From positions 12,559-76,558 of the forward strand of contig CAZENN010000001.1 of the NCBI GenBank assembly GCA_964513605.1: a stretch of 64,000 nucleotides of DNA, in the 5' to 3' direction. The notes under the pieces are model-generated. The model was given only the letters and a program-made list of their open reading frames with translations. It searched no databases and was not told the origin of the DNA. This document shows positions 8,939 through 18,244 of the stretch, one piece after another. Position numbers and translations under genes: made by a program. Every line of letters begins with the position of its first letter. The first letter of the stretch is position 1. This DNA comes from an uncultured Oscillospiraceae bacterium (GTDB taxonomy: Bacteria; Bacillota; Clostridia; Oscillospirales; Oscillospiraceae).

Positions 8939-10294
8939 ATGGCATTTGAAGGTTTAACCGAAAAAATTTCCGCTACCTTCAAAAAGCTCCGTGGCAAAGG
9001 ACGCCTGAAGGAGTCCGATGTTAAGGAGGCTATGCGTGAGATACGCATGGCTTTGCTGGAAGCGGATGTCAGTTATAAAGTTGTTAAGGATTTCACCAAA
9101 TCCGTCACCGAGCGTTGTATCGGCGCAGATGTATTAGAGTCATTGACTCCTGCTCAGATGATCGTGAAGATCGTTGATGAAGAGCTGACCCATTTGATGG
9201 GTTCAGACGCAAAGCATATTACCATCAATCCCAATGGTCCTACTGTGGTCATGCTGGTGGGTCTGCAGGGTGCCGGTAAGACCACCAACGGTTCCAAGCT
9301 GGCCGGTCTTATGAAGCGTCAGGGAAAGAACCCGTTGCTGGTAGCTTGTGATATCTATCGCCCTGCTGCTATCACTCAGTTGAAGGTCTGCGGTGAGAAG
9401 CTGGGGATTCCGGTTTTTGACCGAGGCACCCAGAACCCAGTGGAGACTGCCAAGGAGGCGGTGCTCTACGCCCGGCAGCACGGTCATGACATGGTCTTTC
9501 TGGATACCGCCGGTCGGCTGCACATTGATGAGCAGCTGATGGAAGAGCTGAAGAATATCAAGGCAGCTGTCAAGCCTCAAGAGATCATGCTTGTGGTGGA
9601 TGCTATGACCGGTCAGGATGCGGTCAACGCCGCCCAGAGTTTCAATGACTGGCTGGATATCGACTCCGTCATGCTGTCCAAGCTGGATGGCGATGCCAGA
9701 GGCGGTGCGGCTCTGTCTGTCAGAGCAATTACCGGTAAGCCCATCAAGTTCGCCGGCATGGGTGAAAAGCTGGAAGATATTGAGCCTTTCCATCCCGATC
9801 GTATGGCTTCCAGAATTTTGGGTATGGGCGATGTCCTGTCACTTATTGAGAAGGCAGAAAAGGCTTATGATGCCAAGAAGGCCGCTGAGTTGGAAGAAAA
9901 GCTCAGGAGTAATAAGTTTACCCTGCAGGATTATTATGAGCAGCTGGTGCAGCTGAAGTCTATGGGTTCTGTAGAGGACATTCTTTCCAAGATGCCCGGC
10001 GGTGCAAATCTTAAGGGTGTCAAGGTGGATGAGAAGGCCATGTCCCGTACTGAGGCGATCATCCTGTCCATGACGCCCAAGGAACGTGAAAATCCCAGCA
10101 TCATCGGTGCCAGCCGTAAAAAGCGCATTGCAAACGGTGCCGGTGTCCGTGTGGAAGATGTGAATAAGCTGATGAAGTCCTTTGAACAGATGCGCCAGCT
10201 GGTTCGTCAGTTCTCCGGTCCCGGTGCCGGAAAGAAGATGAAGCGGATGCGCGGTCTTGGCGGTCTCGGCGGCGGCAGCTTCCCCGGAATGTAA
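8939..10294 (+). CDS. ffh: Signal recognition particle protein Ffh
   Basis: GLQGAGKTT, DTAGR, KLDGDARGG, PFHPDRMASRILGMGD, Met-rich M domain. Confidence 0.98.
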   Translation: MAFEGLTEKISATFKKLRGKGRLKESDVKEAMREIRMALLEADVSYKVVKDFTKSVTERCIGADVLESLTPAQMIVKIVDEELTHLMGSDAKHITINPNGPTVVMLVGLQGAGKTTNGSKLAGLMKRQGKNPLLVACDIYRPAAITQLKVCGEKLGIPVFDRGTQNPVETAKEAVLYARQHGHDMVFLDTAGRLHIDEQLMEELKNIKAAVKPQEIMLVVDAMTGQDAVNAAQSFNDWLDIDSVMLSKLDGDARGGAALSVRAITGKPIKFAGMGEKLEDIEPFHPDRMASRILGMGDVLSLIEKAEKAYDAKKAAELEEKLRSNKFTLQDYYEQLVQLKSMGSVEDILSKMPGGANLKGVKVDEKAMSRTEAIILSMTPKERENPSIIGASRKKRIANGAGVRVEDVNKLMKSFEQMRQLVRQFSGPGAGKKMKRMRGLGGLGGGSFPGM

Positions 10295-10362
10295 TTTGGT
10301 TCGCTGAAAGCAAATATGGCTTTGCGATATAGAAAAGATAATTTTTATGGAGGTGAATTCTC

Positions 10363-10602
10363 ATGGTTAAAATCAGACTGAGAAGAATGGGCGCGAAGAA
10401 GGCTCCTTACTACCGTATTGTTGTTGCGGACTCCCGTTCTCCCCGTGATGGTCGCTGCATCGAGGAGATCGGCACTTACAATCCCCTGACCGAGCCCGCT
10501 GCCATTACCGTTGATGTGGAAAAGGCTCAGACCTGGATCAAGAACGGAGCTCAGCCCACCGAAACCGTTCGTGGTCTGCTGAAGAAGGCTGGCGTGCTGT
10601 AA
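10363..10602 (+). CDS. rpsP: 30S ribosomal protein S16
   Basis: [30 protein letters not shown]. Confidence 0.98.
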   Translation: MVKIRLRRMGAKKAPYYRIVVADSRSPRDGRCIEEIGTYNPLTEPAAITVDVEKAQTWIKNGAQPTETVRGLLKKAGVL

Positions 10603-10624
10603 GCCCCAAAAGGAGTAGCGCACA

Positions 10625-10855
10625 ATGAAAGAACTTTTGCTGTATATGGCAAAGAAATTGGTGGACAATCCTGACCAGGTCACTGTTACCGAGATCGAAG
10701 ACGAGGAAGGCAAGATTCTGGAGCTTCGTGTTGCCGAAGGCGACATGGGTAAAGTCATCGGTCGTCAGGGCAGGATCGCCAAAGAGATCCGTACCATCGT
10801 AAAAACCGTTGCCCAGCGCACCGGCGAAAAGGTCACGGTGGAAATCGTGGATTAA
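10625..10855 (+). CDS. khpA: KH-domain RNA-binding protein KhpA
   Basis: DMGKVIGRQGRIA; synteny with rpsP. Confidence 0.92.
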   Translation: MKELLLYMAKKLVDNPDQVTVTEIEDEEGKILELRVAEGDMGKVIGRQGRIAKEIRTIVKTVAQRTGEKVTVEIVD

Positions 10856-10860
10856 AAGCT

Positions 10861-10894
10861 TATGCGTGATGCTGTGGCATCACGCATATTTTTT
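10861..10894 (+). terminator. Intra-operon intrinsic terminator between khpA and rimM
   Basis: tatgcgtgatgc-tgtg-gcatcacgcata followed by T6. Confidence 0.8.
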
Positions 10895-10906
10895 AGGAGT
10901 AAGGTT

Positions 10907-11398
10907 ATGAAGCTTGCATTTATCAAAGCCGGTGAGATCGTCACCACCCATGGGGTCAAAGGAGAGGTCAAGGTGCTGCCCTGGCTGGATTCTCCTGAGG
11001 ATCTTTGTGATTTTGAACGCTGCCGCATCGACGGAAAAGAATATATTGTGGAACAGTGCCGGGTTCAAAAGACCTGTAATCTGGTAAAGCTCTCCGGGGT
11101 GGATACCATGGAGGCAGCCCAAGCCATGCGTGGGTGCGTTATGGAGCTTTACCGGGAGGATATCAGTGATGAGGTGATCTTTGCCGATGAGCTGAAGGGG
11201 ATGGAGGTCTACTGCGAAGGGACCTGCATCGGGAAAATGACAGATGTGCTGGATTATCCCGGCAACAGTGTCTATGTGGTCAAGGGAGAGCATGAATACA
11301 TGATTCCCGCGGTGAAGCAGTTCATTCTATCCACGGATATGGAGGGCAACCGTATGGAGGTTCAGCTGATTCAGGGGATGAGAACCGATGAGAGTTGA
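10907..11398 (+). CDS. rimM: Ribosome maturation factor RimM
   Basis: GEIVTTHGVKGEVKV; start reassigned to ATG 10907 after the AGGAG RBS. Confidence 0.93.
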   Translation: MKLAFIKAGEIVTTHGVKGEVKVLPWLDSPEDLCDFERCRIDGKEYIVEQCRVQKTCNLVKLSGVDTMEAAQAMRGCVMELYREDISDEVIFADELKGMEVYCEGTCIGKMTDVLDYPGNSVYVVKGEHEYMIPAVKQFILSTDMEGNRMEVQLIQGMRTDES

Positions 11399-12140
11399 TA
11401 TCATGACCCTCTTTCCGGAGACGTTGGGAGATGTACTATCTGAAAGTATTCTGGGGCGTGCTCAGGATCGAGGCTTTATTCGTATCGAGACCCACCAGAT
11501 CCGGGACTATACCGCCAATAAGCAAAATCAGGTGGACGACTATCCTTATGGCGGCGGCAGAGGAGCGGTGATGACCGCAGACCCTCTTTACCGCTGCTGG
11601 GAAGCGGTCTGTGACGAGGCAGGCGGACCGGTCCATACCATTTATCTCAGCCCTTGCGGTCATACCTTCACCCAGGCGGATGCCATCCGGCTCAGTAAGC
11701 TGGACAATCTGGTGCTGGTGTGTGGTCATTATGAGGGAATCGACCAGCGCTTCATCGATGAGTGTGTCAACGAGGAAATCTCCCTTGGAGACTTTGTTCT
11801 TACCGGTGGTGAGATTGCTGCAATGGCGGTGACGGATGCCGTATGTCGTATGGTGCCCGGTGTTTTGGCTGACCCGGAATGCTTCGAGGATGAAAGTCAT
11901 TTCAATGGTCTTTTGGAATATCCCCAGTATACCCGTCCGGCAGTGTGGCACGGTAGAGAGATTCCGGCAATCCTCACCTCCGGCAACCACGAAAAGGTTC
12001 GTCAGTGGAGAAGGAAGCAGGCGCTGCGCCGTACCAGAGAGCGCCGTCCGGATATGTATGAAAAGCTGGATCTGACCTCTAAAGCGGATAAGAAGCTGTT
12101 AAAGGAAATGGAAGAAGAAGCTTCGGGAGGTAAGCCGTGA
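11388..12140 (+). CDS. trmD: tRNA (guanine37-N1)-methyltransferase
   Basis: VDDYPYGGG, CGHYEGIDQR, SLGDFVLTGGE, LEYPQYTRP. Confidence 0.97.
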   Translation: MRVDIMTLFPETLGDVLSESILGRAQDRGFIRIETHQIRDYTANKQNQVDDYPYGGGRGAVMTADPLYRCWEAVCDEAGGPVHTIYLSPCGHTFTQADAIRLSKLDNLVLVCGHYEGIDQRFIDECVNEEISLGDFVLTGGEIAAMAVTDAVCRMVPGVLADPECFEDESHFNGLLEYPQYTRPAVWHGREIPAILTSGNHEKVRQWRRKQALRRTRERRPDMYEKLDLTSKADKKLLKEMEEEASGGKP

Positions 12141-12156
12141 TAACGGTGAGGATATG

Positions 12157-12351
12157 TTATCCGTTCAGGTTCGTATCCTTATCATTGCCGTCGTCCTCGA
12201 AAGGCACCAATTCACCGGGCAGATAAAGCTGAACATCACCATTATCTAAAGTATCATAGTATTGGTTCAGAGTCACATATCGCCAGGTCCATCCTGCTGC
12301 CAGCAGTATCAGCACTGCAATAACGAGAAACAGGCGGACCTTCTTTCTCAT
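12157..12351 (-). pseudogene. Probably truncated membrane-anchored protein (DUF5028-like), last gene of the export cassette
   Basis: ATGA overlap with the ATPase stop; N-terminal TM helix, then ends after 64 aa right at the trmD 3' end. Confidence 0.5.
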
Positions 12352-12989
12352 GGGATCGCCTTCCTTTCCACCTTTCCTTCCGCTACGGTGAAAATTACAT
12401 CGCAGATGTTTTCCAGAAGCGTTGCATCGTGGCATGACATAATGATTAACGCACCACGATTACGTTCCCGACGGATCAGCTCTACGATTTGTGCCACACC
12501 GCTTTCGTCCAGGGCATTGGTGGGCTCATCCAGCAAAATCAGTTCCGGCTGCTCCATGATAGCAGCAGCGATCCCCAAACGCTGCTTCATACCCAGCGAG
12601 TATTTCCGGTACTTTCGCTTATCCTCCGGAGACAGTCCTACATCCGAGATGGTTTGACGGATTTGTTCCGTGCTTACTCTGCCTTGAAGCTGGGCAAGAA
12701 GTTCCAGATTTCTCAGGCCGGTATATCCCGGCAGAAAAGCCGGATTTTCCAGCAGAAGTCCAAGAGACGGAGGGAAATCCATATCTTTGCCCAGTAGCTT
12801 TCCATCGATCCATACCTGCCCGGAGGTGGGACGGATCAGACCGCTGATCAGGCGCATAAGCATGGTTTTGCTGCCGCCATTGGGACCCTGCAATCCGTAG
12901 ATTCTGCCGCTCTCCAGTTCCAGCTCCACATTTTTCAGAATATCTATGCCCCTAATGATTTTTGAGGCATTTTTGACTTGTATTTTCAT
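12348..12989 (-). CDS. ABC exporter ATPase with degenerate Walker A
   Basis: YSLGMKQRLG, LILLDEPTN; Walker A reads GPNGGSKT. Confidence 0.85.
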   Translation of the reverse strand: MKIQVKNASKIIRGIDILKNVELELESGRIYGLQGPNGGSKTMLMRLISGLIRPTSGQVWIDGKLLGKDMDFPPSLGLLLENPAFLPGYTGLRNLELLAQLQGRVSTEQIRQTISDVGLSPEDKRKYRKYSLGMKQRLGIAAAIMEQPELILLDEPTNALDESGVAQIVELIRRERNRGALIIMSCHDATLLENICDVIFTVAEGKVERKAIP

Positions 12990-12998
12990 AGGTTCCTC

Positions 12999-13806
12999 CT
13001 ATCCATCATTACGAAGGTGAGCCATGCGGTTAAATTGAAGAATGCCTATCATGGAGCAGAATATGATCAATGCCAGGCAAAATAGCAGTGTTGTGAGAGC
13101 TTCTTGCCCACCTTCCAAAACAATACCACTGCGCAGCACCATTGCCCAGAACGTAGGGCGAAGAAATAAAGAGGGATAGAACCGGCAGGCATAGACAGGT
13201 CAGGAAGCTGAAGATCGGCTTCATCAGCATGCTCAAAACCATTTGCAGCATATTCAGAGCCATTAGCGTCACCAGGGGGAGTCCCACAACCGCAGCTATG
13301 GTTTGCCCGGCGGTCATCATTTTTGCTCCGTATACCTGCATGGCATCTTGGCAGACCTGTGGAGTATTGACCACATCTGCATTTCCCCCGGTAATCAGGG
13401 AGAAGATCAGTGCTGTCAATGTTCCCAGCAGGACATACCCTACACAGCCAAGCAGGTTCCATGCACATTTGGACAGGAACCAGCTTGTTTTGCTGACAGA
13501 GCGGATAATCACCTGCTGACCAGCCTCCGTCAGATCGTTCAGAGGATAATCCAAATTCAAAAACAGGCATCCTCCCATAATAAGAAACCACTGGAAGGGA
13601 AATTCCAGACTATCCATATTGAGAACAGGATCAATCCCTTTGAAGCATCCCAGCATGTAGTCCATCCAGCTGCCCACGCAGTTGGCACTGCGCATAGAGA
13701 TCCAGCTTTGGACGCAAGGCATAGCAAACAAAAATACTGCGGCGAGATACCGCCATCGCAGCACACCGCTGCGGAAATCATAGCGAAAAAGTTTAAGCCA
13801 GTTCAT
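12999..13806 (-). pseudogene. ABC-2-type permease, frameshifted near 13135
   Basis: Final TM helix (MVLRSGIVLEGGQEALTTLLFCLALIIFCSMIGILQFNR) lies in another frame ending at TAG 12999, which overlaps the ATPase RBS. Confidence 0.7.
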
Positions 13807-14653
13807 GCTTCACCACCTGCCAGTATCCAACGCCAAAGGAAATCAGCGTCAGTAGTCCCAATATGGAGAAAATCAGCCACCCGGGATTGTAGTGCCCCGG
13901 TGCGGACTGGATCAGATTCAGTGGGGAGAGGCAATAATGATTGTCCTTCAGAACGGTGCTCTCGAGATTGACAAGCAACGAATTCAAAACTGCATAGAAT
14001 GCGTAAGGCGTCAGCATGACCATGACGCTGTGACGCAGCTTTGTGCCAACTACAAAGCATAAACACGCTGCCACACCACCGCACAGAAAAGTCATACCGC
14101 ACCAAATCAGTCCGTATGCCCAGGGGTTGGTATGAAACAGTTCAGATAGGAAGTACCCATTATCCACCTTGCCAAAGGCGGCGGGAATTTTCTCATAAGG
14201 GCAAACCAGTGCGTTTGAAAGTAAGTTCAGTAGCATAGGAACTCCCACTGCAAGTCCACCACTGACAAAAACTGCTATGTATTTGGAAACATAATATGTT
14301 TTTGCTCCGACGCGAGAGGTAATTTGGTTATAGACCCCACTGCTCCGCTCGTTGATATAGGACCAGCCGTATGCCATACCTGCCAAGACAGGCCAAATCG
14401 TACTGAAAAAGCTGGCACCTCGCGTATTGGCTCTCAAACCCATCCAAAGATAGAATAGGGAGTATCCTGTATGACCGGTTTTCCATCTGCCTTCCCAAGT
14501 TTGCATTTCTGCAATGTTCTCGTCAAAAAAGCGCATTTTTTCATAGTTTTCTATTACATCCAATGTGCAAAAGATTAACCCAATCAGAATTGCGATATAT
14601 AACATCTTACTGGATAGGGCTTTACGCAGCTCTGTCCGCAATGATCGTCTCAT
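13793..14653 (-). CDS. ABC-2-type permease
   Basis: About 6 TM helices; ERSSG..QITSR...YYVSKY pattern of exporter permeases. Confidence 0.75.
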   Translation of the reverse strand: MRRSLRTELRKALSSKMLYIAILIGLIFCTLDVIENYEKMRFFDENIAEMQTWEGRWKTGHTGYSLFYLWMGLRANTRGASFFSTIWPVLAGMAYGWSYINERSSGVYNQITSRVGAKTYYVSKYIAVFVSGGLAVGVPMLLNLLSNALVCPYEKIPAAFGKVDNGYFLSELFHTNPWAYGLIWCGMTFLCGGVAACLCFVVGTKLRHSVMVMLTPYAFYAVLNSLLVNLESTVLKDNHYCLSPLNLIQSAPGHYNPGWLIFSILGLLTLISFGVGYWQVVKHELA

Positions 14654-14655
14654 CC

Positions 14656-15432
14656 TCACTCCTCCCCAAGGTTTAGTTTAATAAAGCTTCCTCTGTCTAC
14701 AAAGTAGGAACCAGTGTTTCCGATTCCCAGATAACTGGTAGACAAATCCTGGGGTGTACCATCCTGTTCTCCGTGAAGGACATATCCCACTGTAAAGCTG
14801 ATGGTCTCTCCCGGCTTAATTTTTATCGCAAATGGTTCCGTTCCAAGGGTGTCTGGAATATCTTCTTCGCAAAATTCTCCGGCACGGCTGAAGTAATCTG
14901 CTATCCCTCCAAAGTAATACTGGTCTTCTCCCGTTCCATATATGTTGGAAAAGTTGATCCATTCTACAATATTGTAGGCAGGAAACACATCAGGTTCGTA
15001 AAAGTATCCACAATCTCCGTAAAATGTGCCGTTATCCAGCCATGCTATCGCATCAACATTGGTCACTGTCAGATCCACCAGGATTAGCCGCACACCCAGA
15101 TCAAAGGCACCGCCTTCTGTAAACCATTGGTCGTAGTCAAATATGATCTCGTTACCGTTTTTGTATCCACATGCATCTGTGTTCAGGAATTGCTCCTTGG
15201 GCGGACACTGTGCTTCCTCCGAAACAACCCGTACATCCGTAACGCTGCAAGTGAAATGTCCATCTGCTTTTTTCGGGCAATATTCAAATGTGTCACCAAC
15301 TTGTATAGCGTTTTCCGGTAAAACCGTCGCAGCTGTCGACTGGGTGGACACTTCCGGATCCGAAGCGACCAGACCGCAGCCGGATAACAGTATGGAAAGT
15401 AAGAGCATTCCGGTTATGCATTGTTTTTTCAT
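14656..15432 (-). CDS. Hypothetical lipoprotein
   Basis: Lipobox LSGC; AGGAGG RBS; beta-rich (ILVDLTVTN, IKPGETISFTVGY). Confidence 0.75.
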   Translation of the reverse strand: MKKQCITGMLLLSILLSGCGLVASDPEVSTQSTAATVLPENAIQVGDTFEYCPKKADGHFTCSVTDVRVVSEEAQCPPKEQFLNTDACGYKNGNEIIFDYDQWFTEGGAFDLGVRLILVDLTVTNVDAIAWLDNGTFYGDCGYFYEPDVFPAYNIVEWINFSNIYGTGEDQYYFGGIADYFSRAGEFCEEDIPDTLGTEPFAIKIKPGETISFTVGYVLHGEQDGTPQDLSTSYLGIGNTGSYFVDRGSFIKLNLGEE

Positions 15433-15452
15433 ATGAACCTCCTATTGCTGTG

Positions 15453-15489
15453 AAAAATGGGGCTATCCCGATTTAGGATAGCCCCATTT
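15453..15489 (-). terminator. Terminator or stabilising hairpin after the secreted-protein gene
   Basis: aaatggggctatcc / ggatagccccattt with T5 on the minus strand. Confidence 0.75.
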
Positions 15490-15502
15490 GATGTTGAATG
15501 GG

Positions 15503-15964
15503 TTATGGGGCAGAGGGTGTTGCGTAGGATTTCGCACTATCCGGCGCCCATTCGCCGGTTACTGTTCCATATCCGCCATTATGAGCAATGGATGGGTATG
15601 CATAATTATATCCATTCTCTTTTATGGTATTCGTGACGCTGTAATATGTATTTTCTGAGCAAACAACATGATCAACCCGGACGCCATTGAGGATAGTACA
15701 GTTCTCTGCTCCGAGAGCGGATGTTCCACATCCCATAGCACGGACATAGTGGCTGCTTCCAATGGAGCTGGTGTCAAAGAAGACAACCATCGCAGTCGTA
15801 TCCCATTTCCGCTCTGGATCATCCCCGATCATGTAGGTAGCAGCTTGGCAGGTTGCCTCCATATCTTGAAAAGTGATATTTGCAGCATAGGTATATCCGG
15901 TCAAAGCTGAGAATAACATAATTACCAATAGAACAACAGCAATTTTTCGCATAGGGTGTTTCAT
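15503..15964 (-). CDS. Secreted small protein, DUF2712-like
   Basis: Signal peptide; C-terminal GTVTGEWAPDS; first gene of the exporter cassette. Confidence 0.6.
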   Translation of the reverse strand: MKHPMRKIAVVLLVIMLFSALTGYTYAANITFQDMEATCQAATYMIGDDPERKWDTTAMVVFFDTSSIGSSHYVRAMGCGTSALGAENCTILNGVRVDHVVCSENTYYSVTNTIKENGYNYAYPSIAHNGGYGTVTGEWAPDSAKSYATPSAP

Positions 15965-16099
15965 TTATTTTCCTCCTCAATTTTATAAGTCGTGTGCTTT
16001 CTTATGATTGGATTGATGTTACTTCTGCACGGGACTCACCTCCTGCTGTCAAACAATGCGGCAAAGCATATTTTTTTAGATACCCCATCTTTTGCCATC

Positions 16100-16167
16100 A
16101 TTATGAATCAATAATCACATTTTGTCAACAATACTTTTGAAAAAAGGTATTGTTATTTATGTATAAT
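16100..16167. promoter_or_regulatory. Divergent sigma-A promoters with a shared inverted repeat (16127-16154)
   Basis: Minus strand TTGACA-17-CATAAT; plus strand TTGAAA-18-TATAAT; aacaatactttt-gaaa-aaaggtattgtt. Confidence 0.55.
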
Positions 16168-16212
16168 TGTGATAAAAAATGGTTAGATAATCTGGTAGAT
16201 GGAGGTGGAGAT

Positions 16213-16569
16213 GTGGCATCAGACAGTGGACAGGCGAGTTTTCGTCGTGGGGTCATGACACTGGTGATTCTGGCACTGCTCAGGCGGGAGGATATGTACG
16301 GCTATCAGCTGGTTCAGGAGACTTCTAAGTCCAGTGGGGGTAAGCTCTCAACGCAGGAAGGGTCGCTATACCCGGTTCTTTACCGATTGCTGGATCAGGG
16401 GCTGATATCTGATCGTAAGGTTCCGGTAGGAAAACGGATGACCCGGATTTACTACCATTTAGAGCCTGCCGGTGAAGCTCGGCTGCAGGAATTGATTCAA
16501 GAATACAAGGAAACCACCCAAGGTGTGTTTCAAATCATTGAGAAAGAGAGGGATTCCGATGGGCAGTAA
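16213..16569 (+). CDS. PadR family transcriptional regulator
   Basis: DMYGYQL, EGSLYPVLYRL, RIYYHLEPAG; GTG start after GGAGGT. Confidence 0.88.
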   Translation: MASDSGQASFRRGVMTLVILALLRREDMYGYQLVQETSKSSGGKLSTQEGSLYPVLYRLLDQGLISDRKVPVGKRMTRIYYHLEPAGEARLQELIQEYKETTQGVFQIIEKERDSDGQ

Positions 16570-16939
16570 TGGTGCCGCTGTGAAGTACTATCTTCGCGGT
16601 GTCAGCAATGCACTTCCTTGCGGCAGGAAAGCAAAAAAGCAGATCGTTTCTCAAATCAGCGACAGCATTGAAAATTATCTTCAAGAAAATCCAAATGCTG
16701 ATTTTGAGGAGGTACAGTCGCATTTTGGTACACCGCAGGAAATTGCTGCCAGTTATATCAATGAGCAGGATCCATCTGCATTGGCTAGCAAAATGCGGAT
16801 AACGAAGAAGGTGCTTGCAATCGTTGCGGGAGTGATGGCGGCGATATTCCTGACTTGAATAGGGTTTGTCGCTTGGGCAAGCATTGATGCAAAACAGTCC
16901 GCTGACGGCCAAGTCGAAATCATTATTGAACAAGAATAG
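16559..16939 (+). pseudogene. HAAS/DUF6120-like membrane protein with premature TGA at 16856
   Basis: HFGTPQEIA motif; the stop falls inside the TM helix and the frame continues IGFVAWASID..EQE to TAG 16939. Confidence 0.7.
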
Positions 16940-16962
16940 TTGCTGAATACGGAGAAATATAT

Positions 16963-17424
16963 ATGAGTAAGAAATCAATTTCATTTGCGATCATTTTGGT
17001 TCTGTTGCTGGGGCTGCTGCCTTGTAACGTCTTTGCTGCAGATACAGCGGAAGATGCCGATATTATTTTATTGGATGACGGTAGTTATATTGAGGTCATT
17101 ATTGAAGATTCCCCTGCTAGGGTAGCAAATACTGTAAGCGGGTCAAAAAAATACATTTGTCGTGGTAGCGACGGAAATATAGAGTGGGAAGCTAAACTGA
17201 GTGCCACCTTTGCTTATTCCGGCGCATGGTACACCTGTGCCACTGCCGACTGTGATGTAACAATTTACGACAGCGACTGGTATGTAATTTCCAATTCTAC
17301 CATCCGCAGCAGTAATAACGCTGTTGCTCGTTTGACGATGGGGCGGAAGTACTTAGGCGTAACTGTGGATGAACGCCAATATACTATAGAACTTACATGT
17401 GATATCAACGGAAATCTTAGCTAA
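16963..17424 (+). CDS. Secreted hypothetical protein
   Basis: Signal peptide ending VFA-A; C-terminal LTCDINGNLS. Confidence 0.7.
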   Translation: MSKKSISFAIILVLLLGLLPCNVFAADTAEDADIILLDDGSYIEVIIEDSPARVANTVSGSKKYICRGSDGNIEWEAKLSATFAYSGAWYTCATADCDVTIYDSDWYVISNSTIRSSNNAVARLTMGRKYLGVTVDERQYTIELTCDINGNLS

Positions 17425-17429
17425 GCCTG

Positions 17430-17465
17430 AAAACGCAGGACGGTCTGACCGCCATGCGTTTTCTT
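17430..17465 (+). terminator. Possible intrinsic terminator
   Basis: aaaacgca...tgcgtttt imperfect hairpin. Confidence 0.45.
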
Positions 17466-17552
17466 GTCTGGAGAATGTTATAAAATTCCTGTATAACCCA
17501 AAATGCAAACCATCGCCATCCGGAGCGTGTTTACTCCAGATGGCGATGGTTT

Positions 17553-18244
17553 TTGTCGATTTTTCAAATTTCATATAGTGTTTGCACCAAAATAGTATTA
17601 GATAAAGCAGAGGGATATGTATTCCACAATATAAAAAATGTCACCATCAACCGAGGCCTGCCCGGAAGTGATGCCAGTATGTCCTCGTCGGTTAATGGTG
17701 ACCCGTACACTGTATCACAACTTTATAAAGCGGTCAAGAGTGTCGACCGCTTAGATGGTGGACTGAAATATTCAACTGCCGAACGGGATATATCTTTTTG
17801 CCTATACTGAGCGTACGACGAGGAGCAATACTCCGACCGCAACCCCACTGAAACCTCCAACCGCTCTCTGCTGGTCAACGCTTTGGAGTCTACCGCCCAA
17901 AACAAGTGGGAGAAGAGACGGCTTAAAGAGTTCAAAGACAGGATTCAGAAGATCGAACAGGATGAACAGAAACTGAGGGAGGTTCAGGCGCAGTTCAAAA
18001 AAATGGAAACTGCCAACAATCCCAAGTATAAGCCTAAAATCTGGGAGCTGAGAGCAGAAAAACTCCATGCTGAGAAGCGACTGGATATCAGGGACACGCA
18101 GCTGCTCCGGCTGGAGGCAACGAAGCCGCTGCAGGATCTTTTGAGGCGTGAGTAGGATAAGGCGTTCAAAGGGTTGGCGGAGAAGTATGGTAAGCTGGTT
18201 TCCGGCGAAAAGAAGGTTCGGAATGACACTATGCCAAATTCCAC
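17553..18244 (+). pseudogene. Relic of a large phage-type (polyvalent-like) coiled-coil protein
   Basis: ORFs 17553..17810 and 17883..18155 share one frame broken by TGA 17808 and TAG 18153; YSDR..SNRSLLVNALES..QLLRLEATKPL recalls large gut-phage proteins (from memory). Confidence 0.45.

Noticed and set aside
16856..16858. In-frame TGA as Trp or Sec recoding
   Set aside because: TGA is a normal stop in neighbouring island genes and TGG is used for Trp; surrounding decay favours a nonsense mutation
17507..17554. Long hairpin aaaccatcgccatc..gatggcgatggttt as an sRNA or MITE
   Set aside because: Single copy with a T-run; best explained as an orphan terminator
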